DNA of 64,000 nucleotides from Candidatus Gottesmanbacteria bacterium (GTDB lineage Bacteria; Patescibacteriota; Microgenomatia; UBA10105; UBA927): NCBI GenBank assembly GCA_963714095.1, contig OY970230.1, positions 6,206 to 70,205 of the forward strand, read 5' to 3'. Shown piece by piece: positions 48,063 to 56,726 of this stretch (position 1 is its first letter; each line of letters starts with the position of its first letter). The notes under the pieces were generated by a model. It saw only the letters and a program-made list of their open reading frames with translations, ran no database searches and was not told where the DNA came from. The position numbers and the translations under genes were made by a program.

Positions 48063-49268
48063 CTAGCGTACCCCACCGAATGCAATCCTGTCAAGTATTC
48101 TATTTTCCATAGCAAGCATCCGGGCAGGAGTCACGGTAAATTCTCCCCAGCGGTCAGCAATAGTATCCAATGCGTGAGTAAGGGCACGTTTGCGGTCCGG
48201 TGAATCAAATAACTCCAGTTGTTCCTGTGTCTCATCCGATAAAAAGTAACATGACACTGCCAGCAGTTGTACCGGTTTTTTTGGCGCCTTGGCAAGAATC
48301 CGCAGAGATGCGTTGTAAAGATCACTGCTGACAAAAAGCAGATGACTGAGTTTCTCCCCGTGGTTCCAATACGTATGATCGGAAAATGCGGTCATAATAC
48401 GGATACCTCCGGCGTTAAAATGTCCCTCCCGCAGCCTCCTGCCCATTTTTTCTACCAGTTGGGATAGAATTTGGTGTAGACGGACATCAAGGGGGAGGTA
48501 TGCCCTCGGTAAGGCATAGGAATGCCCAATGGTTTTCGTTTCATTTCGATCATAAAGATCAGTTTCCCATCCGTGAAGCATAAGCCACCAATCGTAGCCT
48601 ATTTTTGACCTAAATGCAGCTTCTAGAATGGTGCTGGATGCCCGATACATGGTAAGGGGAGAATCTATACCATAGCGGCGTAATCTGCCGCCATAGCCCT
48701 CTTTAATGCCTGTTAGATCTTCCAATTTTAATGAACATAAAATGTGTTCAATATTTTGAGCAGTAATTATATCCAACCCATCTGGTTTATGCAGGTTTGA
48801 CGAAATTTTAGCTAAGTACCGGTTCGGGGCAATACCGATACTTACCGTAAGCCAATCCCCAATTTCGTCTTTAATTCGTTTTTTTATTTTTTTTGCAACA
48901 GAGAGTTGATTATTTGAATCACATAACTTTATAACCATCTCATCAATGGATTTTATCTCTATGTCTGGGCTGTATTCTGAAAGAAGAGTAAATAGTTTTT
49001 GGTTCACAAACCGGTATTTCGGAGGATCGGGCGGCAGGACAATAAGGAGCGGATATATATTTTTTCCTTCAAAGACGTGCATTCCGGTTTTTATGCCGAG
49101 TTTTTTTGCTTCATGCGACGCGGCCAGTATACATCCGCGGTCTGTCGTATAGGCAGCAACGACGATCGGTTTGTCGCGGTAGAACGGATTTGCCTGCTGT
49201 TCAATAGAGGCAAAACATGAGTTGAGATCGATATGCATGACGGAAGCGGGAGCCGGGTTAAAATCCAT
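48063..49268 (-). CDS. dinB: DNA polymerase IV (Y-family, DinB)
   Basis: N-terminal MHIDLNSCFASIEQ (catalytic Asp, Phe steric gate), palm/fingers motifs, SIDE (catalytic Asp/Glu). Confidence 0.9.
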   Translation of the reverse strand: MDFNPAPASVMHIDLNSCFASIEQQANPFYRDKPIVVAAYTTDRGCILAASHEAKKLGIKTGMHVFEGKNIYPLLIVLPPDPPKYRFVNQKLFTLLSEYSPDIEIKSIDEMVIKLCDSNNQLSVAKKIKKRIKDEIGDWLTVSIGIAPNRYLAKISSNLHKPDGLDIITAQNIEHILCSLKLEDLTGIKEGYGGRLRRYGIDSPLTMYRASSTILEAAFRSKIGYDWWLMLHGWETDLYDRNETKTIGHSYALPRAYLPLDVRLHQILSQLVEKMGRRLREGHFNAGGIRIMTAFSDHTYWNHGEKLSHLLFVSSDLYNASLRILAKAPKKPVQLLAVSCYFLSDETQEQLELFDSPDRKRALTHALDTIADRWGEFTVTPARMLAMENRILDRIAFGGVR

Positions 49269-49554
49269 CTGCCACCTCCAGCAATTTCCATAAGAGTGTT
49301 TCCGTATTAAATTTTAATTTAAAAAAATTTATGCCGTCGGTGACGGAAAATATATGCGTGAGAACCCGTCCTTCGCGCAACGTATGATGAAATCCGACTG
49401 TAGTTATCCGATAGCGTATTCCGTGCCAATATAGGCTGTACGGCAGGATTTTCTTTGTGGTATGATTGCTCCACAATGCAACCGAAACGGATTCATTGAT
49501 ATCTTCTGCCATGATAAATTCATAATAAACCCGAAAATAAGACCCGTCAATCAT
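49258..49554 (-). CDS. Small hypothetical protein translationally coupled to dinB
   Basis: 98-aa ORF overlapping the dinB start by 11 nt. No recognised motif. Confidence 0.35.
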   Translation of the reverse strand: MIDGSYFRVYYEFIMAEDINESVSVALWSNHTTKKILPYSLYWHGIRYRITTVGFHHTLREGRVLTHIFSVTDGINFFKLKFNTETLLWKLLEVADGF

Positions 49555-49599
49555 GTGTAAACATGTATAACAATATCAAACCTACATAAAATAAACCGA

Positions 49600-50169
49600 A
49601 TGAAAAAACAAAACGGATATTTGGAAGTTATAGCCGGCCCCATGTTTTCCGGCAAAACCGAGGAGCTGATCCGTCAGGTTCGCCGCGCAGCCATTGCCAG
49701 AAAAAAATTCCAGGTATTTAAGCACGCGATCGACACGCGCTACGGAAAAGACAAAAAACTTTTTTCCCACGCGGGGCTAACATTTAAATCACATGTAGTT
49801 TCTTCTCCCAAAGCAATTCTGAAACAGCTGAACGCCAAAACCGAAATCGTGGCAATTGATGAGGCGCAGTGGTTCGGGCCGGATTTGGTGCCGGTTATAG
49901 AAGTACTTCTTAAAAAAGGTAAAAAAGTACTTGTCGCCGGCCTTGCCCTGACCTACGACCGGGAGCCGTTTGCACCGATTCCGACCCTCATGAGTATGGC
50001 GGACAAAGTAACGAAGTTATCGGCGATTTGCTCTGTCTGCGGTGACGAAGCCGTCTATCACAAACGGATTGTACGTGACAAAACTGTTAATCCCCACAAT
50101 GCAGATCCGTCACTTGTAGGTAAATTGGACACCTACCAGCCGCGCTGCCGTAATTGCTATTCTAAGTAA
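49600..50169 (+). CDS. tdk: Thymidine kinase
   Basis: P-loop GPMFSGKTEELI, C-terminal zinc ribbon CSVCGDEA...CRNCY. Confidence 0.9.
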   Translation: MKKQNGYLEVIAGPMFSGKTEELIRQVRRAAIARKKFQVFKHAIDTRYGKDKKLFSHAGLTFKSHVVSSPKAILKQLNAKTEIVAIDEAQWFGPDLVPVIEVLLKKGKKVLVAGLALTYDREPFAPIPTLMSMADKVTKLSAICSVCGDEAVYHKRIVRDKTVNPHNADPSLVGKLDTYQPRCRNCYSK

Positions 50170-50264
50170 TAGATGCTATACTGCTTTGTGCAGTTGTATT
50201 GAAACAATACATCTGCTTAATAGAGTCAGTTAGAAGTGTAAGAGAAAAAACGCCCCATATTTAA

Positions 50265-51533
50265 TTGTATAACCTGCGTCTTTTCCCCATTTCGTACTAT
50301 TTCATTTTAAGCAGTTTTATTCTTTTAATAGGTTCACCTATGAGGTATACAAACAACCGGTCATTCCATCAAAACAGGTTACGCCCAAACGGAGCCCGTG
50401 CTATAAAATCCGTGCCGAAACGCGAGCTTTTGGCCGCAATTGCCCAGAGCAAGCTCCTACAAACCGGCAGGCCTGATGTATCAGAGTCCATTGAATCAGC
50501 CGGAACGTTCAACGATTTTAGCCTGAATCCGGTTCTTCTTGAAAATATCCGTACAAAAGGTTTTTTGAGCCTTACGCCTATCCAGTCAAAGGTAATTCCT
50601 GCAGTCATAGCGAAACGTGATGTCATCGCTGTTGCCAATACCGGCACAGGAAAAACTGCGGCTTTTTTAATTCCGCTTATCCAAAAAATATCACTGGACC
50701 GCGTGCAACGCGTGCTGGTTATAGCGCCGACACGGGAACTTGCGTACCAGATTCATACGGAGCTCCGCGATTTCGCCCGTGGGTTGTCCATTCGAAGCGC
50801 CCTCTTAATCGGCGGTGCAAACGAGTGGAGACAGAAAACTGATCTGCAGTACGATCCGCATGTTGTTATTGCCACGCCGGGAAGGCTTAAGGAATTTATA
50901 GAGACACATGTAATCCGTTTATCGGGTTTTAGAAATGTCGTTTTGGACGAAGCTGACCGGATGGTAGATATAGGATTTATTAAAGAAATTCAATATTTTA
51001 TCTCTCTTTTGCCGAGTGCGCGACAGTCACTCTTTTTTTCCGCTACAATTTCCGGGAACGCCGGCCAATTATTAGCAAATTTTGTAAAAAATCCTGTCAG
51101 CTTTTCTTTGAAATCTGAATCAACAGAGTCCCAGATTACTCAGGATGTGGTACAGATCGCCGCCAACACAACGAAAATCGATACGCTTCATGCATTGCTG
51201 CAAAAACGTGAATTTTCAAAAGTGCTCGTGTTTGGCAGAACGAAGCATGGTGTACAGAAAGTATCCGATGAACTTATACGCCGCGGTATCAAATCCGGGG
51301 CGATCCACGGGAATAAACGTCAAAATCAACGTCAGCATGTCCTCAACCAATTCATTCATAATGAAATTCAGATATTACTGGCGACGGATGTTGCAAGCCG
51401 GGGCCTGGATATACCGGACGTTTCGCATGTCATTAATTATGATCTTCCGGAGTCTATGGATGATTATATCCACCGTATAGGACGCACCGGAAGGGCAAAC
51501 AAACGGGGTGTCGCGTTGACGTTTATTGAGTAA
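50265..51533 (+). CDS. DEAD-box ATP-dependent RNA helicase
   Basis: Q-motif region, motif I ANTGTGKTAAF, motif II VLDEADRM, SAT, HRIGRTGRA. The true start is possibly the internal Met at about 50340. Confidence 0.9.
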   Translation: MYNLRLFPISYYFILSSFILLIGSPMRYTNNRSFHQNRLRPNGARAIKSVPKRELLAAIAQSKLLQTGRPDVSESIESAGTFNDFSLNPVLLENIRTKGFLSLTPIQSKVIPAVIAKRDVIAVANTGTGKTAAFLIPLIQKISLDRVQRVLVIAPTRELAYQIHTELRDFARGLSIRSALLIGGANEWRQKTDLQYDPHVVIATPGRLKEFIETHVIRLSGFRNVVLDEADRMVDIGFIKEIQYFISLLPSARQSLFFSATISGNAGQLLANFVKNPVSFSLKSESTESQITQDVVQIAANTTKIDTLHALLQKREFSKVLVFGRTKHGVQKVSDELIRRGIKSGAIHGNKRQNQRQHVLNQFIHNEIQILLATDVASRGLDIPDVSHVINYDLPESMDDYIHRIGRTGRANKRGVALTFIE

Positions 51534-51535
51534 AC

Positions 51536-51892
51536 GTGTATAGTAGATTTATAATCCAAAAATCGACAAACAGTAATTATTCTCTTCTAAACGAACGTGA
51601 TCTTATATTAGATACTGCCGTTAATCTCACACAGATAGGCACATGGGCACAGAATAGTTTTTCCAAAGATAACGAGCGGATAGCATTGTTCCTCAGGCTC
51701 ACACGTAAAAATCTTAATGCATTACTTGGGTTTCCTACCTGTCCTTCATTTGAGCCGTGCTTTCATAAATTCAGTAATTCATTTACCAGATTAGAAAAAG
51801 AATACAGCTCGGGAATCGTGGACCACACTATTTGGGGAACCCGGATGCTTACCTGGGCTTCGACTCTCACGCAAAACGTAAAACTGATATAA
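51536..51892 (+). CDS. Hypothetical protein
   Basis: 118-aa ORF starting 3 nt after the helicase stop. Helical composition. Confidence 0.3.
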   Translation: MYSRFIIQKSTNSNYSLLNERDLILDTAVNLTQIGTWAQNSFSKDNERIALFLRLTRKNLNALLGFPTCPSFEPCFHKFSNSFTRLEKEYSSGIVDHTIWGTRMLTWASTLTQNVKLI

Positions 51893-51919
51893 CCTTCGTC
51901 TGTAGTATACTTTAGCTGT

Positions 51920-53515
51920 ATGCTCGTCATCCTCATTTCTATACTCTTTGCGATCCTTGTATCCAGCCCGTACATTGCCGGTGTTTTGCAACAAGCACCG
52001 GGTACAACGTTTGCCGGTGTTGTTCATTATCCGCCGGATTACTTCTACTACCTTTCCTATATGGCACAGGGTAAATTCCGATGGTTGACGTCATTTTACC
52101 TGAGTACTCAGGAAGCAACAAAGCCTGTTTTCTACCATTGGTTCTATGTGCTTTCGGGCCGCATCTTTGCCGTATTGCATATTTCCGACATCGTCGGATA
52201 CCAGCTGCTTGTTTTGGGATTAACGATTGTACTTCTTCTGGTTTCGTACCGTCTTATCCGTAAAGTTGTCCCATCCCCCGCCGGGCGTACGATTGCGTAT
52301 ATCCTTTTTCTGGCAAGTAACGCGTGGCCATATCTGGTCAATACGCCTCACGGTTGGACCGTACAATATTATACCGTTTGGTATAATTTTGGTGAACCGT
52401 TTATCCGCTTTTCCAGTATCCCTCATCACTTACTGGCGCAAAGCGTGCTTATTGTTGCACTGCTGCTGTTGACCCGTCTCCCGCATCCGGGACACTCACG
52501 TTTTTTGTCCACATGGTTTTTCATATTGATGTCAGGATTTCTCCTTGCAAGTACGCAAACCCCACTCGTGCTGGTCGTTGTGCTGACATACGGAATATTT
52601 TGGGTGAAAGATATCATAATCCGCTCGCGGGATACAAAAACGTTTTTGTCGGCTGCAATATCTTCTCCGGTTTTTCCCGCTCTCGTGTTTCTCTGCGCAG
52701 GAGCCGGCCCCTATATGATCTACCTGCGCATGCTGTTTCAGCAACCCGTCTATAGTGTGATTACCAGTTGGGAGCCAGCGCAGCAGGTACGCATGACTAC
52801 GCTGCAATTTTTCCAAGTGAACGGACCCGTGATGCTTCTCGGAGTTGCTGGATTGCCTTTGTTTATTTCAAAACGTACAAGAGTTCGGAGCGTTATCATT
52901 GTCTTCACAATAATTTCCTGGATTATTTTTTTATCAAAAATACCCGCCTTTATTTCCGTTCTGAATGTCAGATTTCTTTCCGTTGTGCCTACCCTTACGA
53001 TGGCCTGCTCTGCCGCCGCTCTTATTGAAGCCATCGGGAGGCGCGTCGCACCGCGTCTGCAAATGCCGATCACTATAGCGGTAACAGTGTTAATTGTCGG
53101 ACTGACGCTTCCAGCAACTGTCCAACAAATTGTTGCACGCGCCACATTTGATCCGGTAAACGCGTACTATTTTTTACCTAATGGTGCAATGGATGTATAT
53201 CAGCATATTGATAAGTTTATTCAACCGCAGGAAACGTGCCTCGTTATCTGGCCGTTTCACATATCATTTGCGGGGTTGACAGGCAGGAGGTCTTTTACTG
53301 CCAATGAATACGGGACAATCAATTATGGGGAAAAGGAACAACTGGAAGGTACGTTTTTCTCCGATACTACGCCGTTTGACCAGAAAGTCCAGATTTTAAA
53401 ATCCAACAAACTATCCTGCGTCGTCACCTACTCATTCACACGAAATTTACCTATGAGCGTCCTTACGGCTGTTTACCAAAATAGCTATATGACGATTTAT
53501 CGGGTAAAGGAGTGA
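51920..53515 (+). CDS. Large polytopic membrane protein, possibly a GT-C-type glycosyl/mannosyltransferase
   Basis: 531 aa, more than 10 predicted TM segments, aromatic-rich loops. No decisive motif. Confidence 0.35.
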   Translation: MLVILISILFAILVSSPYIAGVLQQAPGTTFAGVVHYPPDYFYYLSYMAQGKFRWLTSFYLSTQEATKPVFYHWFYVLSGRIFAVLHISDIVGYQLLVLGLTIVLLLVSYRLIRKVVPSPAGRTIAYILFLASNAWPYLVNTPHGWTVQYYTVWYNFGEPFIRFSSIPHHLLAQSVLIVALLLLTRLPHPGHSRFLSTWFFILMSGFLLASTQTPLVLVVVLTYGIFWVKDIIIRSRDTKTFLSAAISSPVFPALVFLCAGAGPYMIYLRMLFQQPVYSVITSWEPAQQVRMTTLQFFQVNGPVMLLGVAGLPLFISKRTRVRSVIIVFTIISWIIFLSKIPAFISVLNVRFLSVVPTLTMACSAAALIEAIGRRVAPRLQMPITIAVTVLIVGLTLPATVQQIVARATFDPVNAYYFLPNGAMDVYQHIDKFIQPQETCLVIWPFHISFAGLTGRRSFTANEYGTINYGEKEQLEGTFFSDTTPFDQKVQILKSNKLSCVVTYSFTRNLPMSVLTAVYQNSYMTIYRVKE

Positions 53516-54018
53516 GGATTTCTGACGTGTTTGGCCATGCGGGTTGCCCACTCCTTCGGATGGAAGTTTATAAGGTACAAAGCAATCAAAAGCCCCGTAC
53601 CTATATAGAGGAAATCGAGAAACGACGGGTGAAGGGACAACTGAATCACTTGGAACGGCAGCATAATAATAGTAAGAGCAACTAACAGGTCCACGCCCCA
53701 GTTTTGTTTATACATGAGACCTATTGCGCCCGCTATTTTTGCTGCTCCCAACAGAATAAGATACAACACGAGAAACGTATGATGGGCAAGTACGTTCGGG
53801 ATTACCCGTTCCGTTAAACGGACGAGTACATCGTGCGGATCCTCGGAAAGCTCGCCGGTAGCGTAGACCCGGTACCAAAGAAGGGCTTTGTGGCCAAAAA
53901 ATGTAATGCCTATCCCGAAAACAAATTCCGCAAGTCCGAAAAGCATTTTGTAGACGATGATATACCATGAAACGTGGAACTCTTTTTCAATCCGTTCTTC
54001 TGTTCCGGGAGATTTCAT
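53497..54018 (-). CDS. Hypothetical membrane protein (4 TM)
   Basis: 173 aa, hydrophobic helices. No motif. Confidence 0.35.
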   Translation of the reverse strand: MKSPGTEERIEKEFHVSWYIIVYKMLFGLAEFVFGIGITFFGHKALLWYRVYATGELSEDPHDVLVRLTERVIPNVLAHHTFLVLYLILLGAAKIAGAIGLMYKQNWGVDLLVALTIIMLPFQVIQLSLHPSFLDFLYIGTGLLIALYLINFHPKEWATRMAKHVRNPHSFTR

Positions 54019-54060
54019 AGGGTGTATGTATTATACCCCATACGGATTCCGTGTCGAAGC

Positions 54061-54582
54061 TTACAACCATAACTTTATCAAATAGGTAATATACTTACTG
54101 AGTATAAGTACCATTGTGGCGATGAAAATGTGTTCTATAATAATTTTTTGTGGGGCAACATGCCGCTTTTTTGCAACTAAATAACTGATCGTCGCAAGAA
54201 TGAGAAAGCCATAGACGATGGAACAGACAACGGCTATCGTCGGGGGCAGAGCAAGGACAAATACGATAAAAATAAGGATGACTCCTAATCTGGTTCCGAA
54301 ATTTGACAGAGTCATTTTCCATACGTCACGAAATGAAGAACGCTCCCCCTCCTTGTATATATGAATACCAAGGGTGTCAGATATATTGTCCGCAAGGGCT
54401 ATAATACATAGACTTCCTACCAGCATCATCTTCGATTTCACGCTTGTATCGAAACTTGTGATGAGAGCCAAACACGTAAGTACTGCCGATACGGCTCCGA
54501 AGCTAAAATGTGACAACCTGTCTTTTTGTTGGTTGATGAAGCCAAGAAGATATCGGCGGATGGATTTAAGCATAGGATGCAA
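54061..54582 (-). CDS. Membrane protein, VIT/DUF125-like
   Basis: 173 aa, 4-5 TM segments. Weak resemblance to the VIT family. Confidence 0.3.
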   Translation of the reverse strand: MHPMLKSIRRYLLGFINQQKDRLSHFSFGAVSAVLTCLALITSFDTSVKSKMMLVGSLCIIALADNISDTLGIHIYKEGERSSFRDVWKMTLSNFGTRLGVILIFIVFVLALPPTIAVVCSIVYGFLILATISYLVAKKRHVAPQKIIIEHIFIATMVLILSKYITYLIKLWL

Positions 54583-54732
54583 TTGTACCCCGCTTGTCCT
54601 GAATTTCCAACAATTATTTATGACAGGGACATATTTTCAAGCAAATATTCGTTCAATGTTGCTAAAAAAGAGTTTTTAGTTTAAATAGAACATGCGTTTT
54701 CATTTTTGCGATATATTGTTTATAGTTAAGTT

Positions 54733-55656
54733 ATGGGAGAACAACCGCCTATTGCTCCGCCGATTCAGGAAATAACGCTGTCCGAACCGATCTTTTATCC
54801 TGGAATAGCGAAAAATACGTTATTATTTCATGGAACTCGGAGTCAGGAAAAGCTCCAACAAATCTTAAAGCAGGGTCTTAAACCACCGGACGAAGCAATT
54901 TCACGCGATACCCTGGCAAGAAGAATAAGTTTTTGTGACGCCGAGCGTTATATCGGCCTGGGAGATGGTGCTATTATCGCATTTAAACCCCGCAAAGAGG
55001 AAGTTTCACCAAATAATCCTCATTTTGCCCGAACTCAACAAATAGCGCTTGGTATAAATCACCTGCCTCCTGAAAGAGCTATTTTTTATATTCCCGGACG
55101 TTCTCGACTTCCGCGAACACTGTTTGATTCCATGAAACAAGCGGTTACCGATTATTATATGCATGGTTTTAATAAGGAACCTCTTGTAAATTCGTTACAA
55201 GATATGGTCGTCATAGCAGAAAGGCAATTAACGCAGGAAGCGGTTTTTGTGAGCACAAAGCCAGTAGATACACATCAGGTAGCACATGAACTTGTCTGGA
55301 ATGAATTATGCGGACGATTAACCCACGATTATGATGATGTCGAATATAATACGACACTCATAAGTAAACTGAGAGAGAAAGGCGAAATATCTTCGACGGG
55401 GCAATTAGTACAATTGATTCATGAAGATAACGATTTTAATACTTTTGATCCAACAATATATTTAAATCTTGTCAAATTACTTTCTACAGTTGACACGATT
55501 AACGGCTTGGGTTTTGAAGATATTCCGTATCAGCTAAACGAAAATGTTGTTGCAACAAGAAATTGGATAAGTATACTCCCCGAGAGTGTACAAGAGGCCC
55601 AGCCGGTGTCACCGAGAAATACCTTACGTAGACTGCTTAATAGGTTTAAAAGATAA
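54733..55656 (+). CDS. ADP-ribosyltransferase-fold protein (Tpt1/KptA- and PARP-like H-G-T signature) with a C-terminal domain of unknown function
   Basis: LLFHGTRSQEKLQQILKQGLKP followed by RRISFCDAERYIG and GAIIAF. Compare KptA LYHGTASRFLDEIKKQGL...RHYVHLSADE...PVILTV and PARP HGSRTTNFAGILSQGL...GIYFAD. The ART core sits at the N-terminus (residues about 25-130), followed by about 170 aa with no motif. Confidence 0.5.
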   Translation: MGEQPPIAPPIQEITLSEPIFYPGIAKNTLLFHGTRSQEKLQQILKQGLKPPDEAISRDTLARRISFCDAERYIGLGDGAIIAFKPRKEEVSPNNPHFARTQQIALGINHLPPERAIFYIPGRSRLPRTLFDSMKQAVTDYYMHGFNKEPLVNSLQDMVVIAERQLTQEAVFVSTKPVDTHQVAHELVWNELCGRLTHDYDDVEYNTTLISKLREKGEISSTGQLVQLIHEDNDFNTFDPTIYLNLVKLLSTVDTINGLGFEDIPYQLNENVVATRNWISILPESVQEAQPVSPRNTLRRLLNRFKR

Positions 55657-55727
55657 GAAAAATAATGTCTTTCATCATTCGAGGCTAATATGTTGATATA
55701 AAGCCTATAATATGATACCATCACCTG

Positions 55728-56114
55728 ATGTTTTTCAAAGGAGAGCAACCCAATCCGTTTAGATATGATTTTGTTCCCAGAGTCAATTGTATTGGGTATG
55801 TGTACCACGAGCTTAAAATCGACCCGAAAGAAAAATTTAGAGATCCGGGGTTATTAGAGTCGCTCCTGAAAGACTTTGATGAAGTACCCGATGTCACGCA
55901 AGCACAGGCGGTAGCTGTTGTTTACCCACTGGAGGATGGCAGTCTCTTTGTTGACCACTGTGCGATCATAGAGGATGCAGGAAAAATGACAATCCGGCAC
56001 AGAGCAGGAAAAAATGCTGAAATCCGGCCTGATACCTTGTCAACAGGACTAGACTTCTATCTCAAGGCCAACAAAAGAGCCAAAAAGGTTTTTCTTACCA
56101 GAAAAGATCAATAA
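55728..56114 (+). CDS. Hypothetical protein with His...Cys context (possible permuted papain-like/LRAT-like fold)
   Basis: 128 aa with YVYHEL and VDHCAIIED. Lies 71 nt downstream of the ART-like gene on the same strand. Confidence 0.3.
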   Translation: MFFKGEQPNPFRYDFVPRVNCIGYVYHELKIDPKEKFRDPGLLESLLKDFDEVPDVTQAQAVAVVYPLEDGSLFVDHCAIIEDAGKMTIRHRAGKNAEIRPDTLSTGLDFYLKANKRAKKVFLTRKDQ

Positions 56115-56190
56115 TGTTGTTAAATAATAAAGTCTTACCTTTTACACGATCTCAAACAGATACTCTTTATGTTGCCATAGCTTCGTATTT

Positions 56191-56415
56191 TTGTTATTAT
56201 GGATGTATATGAGCGAAGCTAAAGTTGGCTTAGATGCAGAAGTAGATACGTTCCGAACAAAAGACCTGCATACACAAACTATGGAGGCGCTGGCAGAAAC
56301 ACTACAAAAAGATCCAACCTTGATTGACACGTCAAGAAAAGTGTTTGGCGTAGCGCCAACTAAACGCCCATCAGAGTTGGTAACAAAACCATTGAAACCC
56401 CAAGCACCAAAGTAG
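56191..56415 (+). CDS. Small hypothetical protein
   Basis: 74-aa ORF, hydrophilic. Same strand as the neighbours. Confidence 0.25.
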   Translation: MLLWMYMSEAKVGLDAEVDTFRTKDLHTQTMEALAETLQKDPTLIDTSRKVFGVAPTKRPSELVTKPLKPQAPK

Positions 56416-56726
56416 AGCTACAACCACGTCAGGGTAAGTGGATCATCTATAAAAATAAACCGAATTCTCAGGCTTGCCCTTTATATTCATACGGTATATA
56501 AATATACAAGACACGCAGAATAGTCGGTTGTTTATAGTAACGTAACGGGTAAAGGAAGACTGTGTAAATCAGTCACTGTGCCGCAACGGTACACCCAATA
56601 TGAATTGGGTAGAGTCCGGAACTTTCCGTTATATTCCCGAGCAGGAAGATATACGGCTGTTAGTTGTTTAGATGACGGCAATTCGTTGTTAGTACTGTTG
56701 TGATTTAGACAGTTAACGGCTTATAG

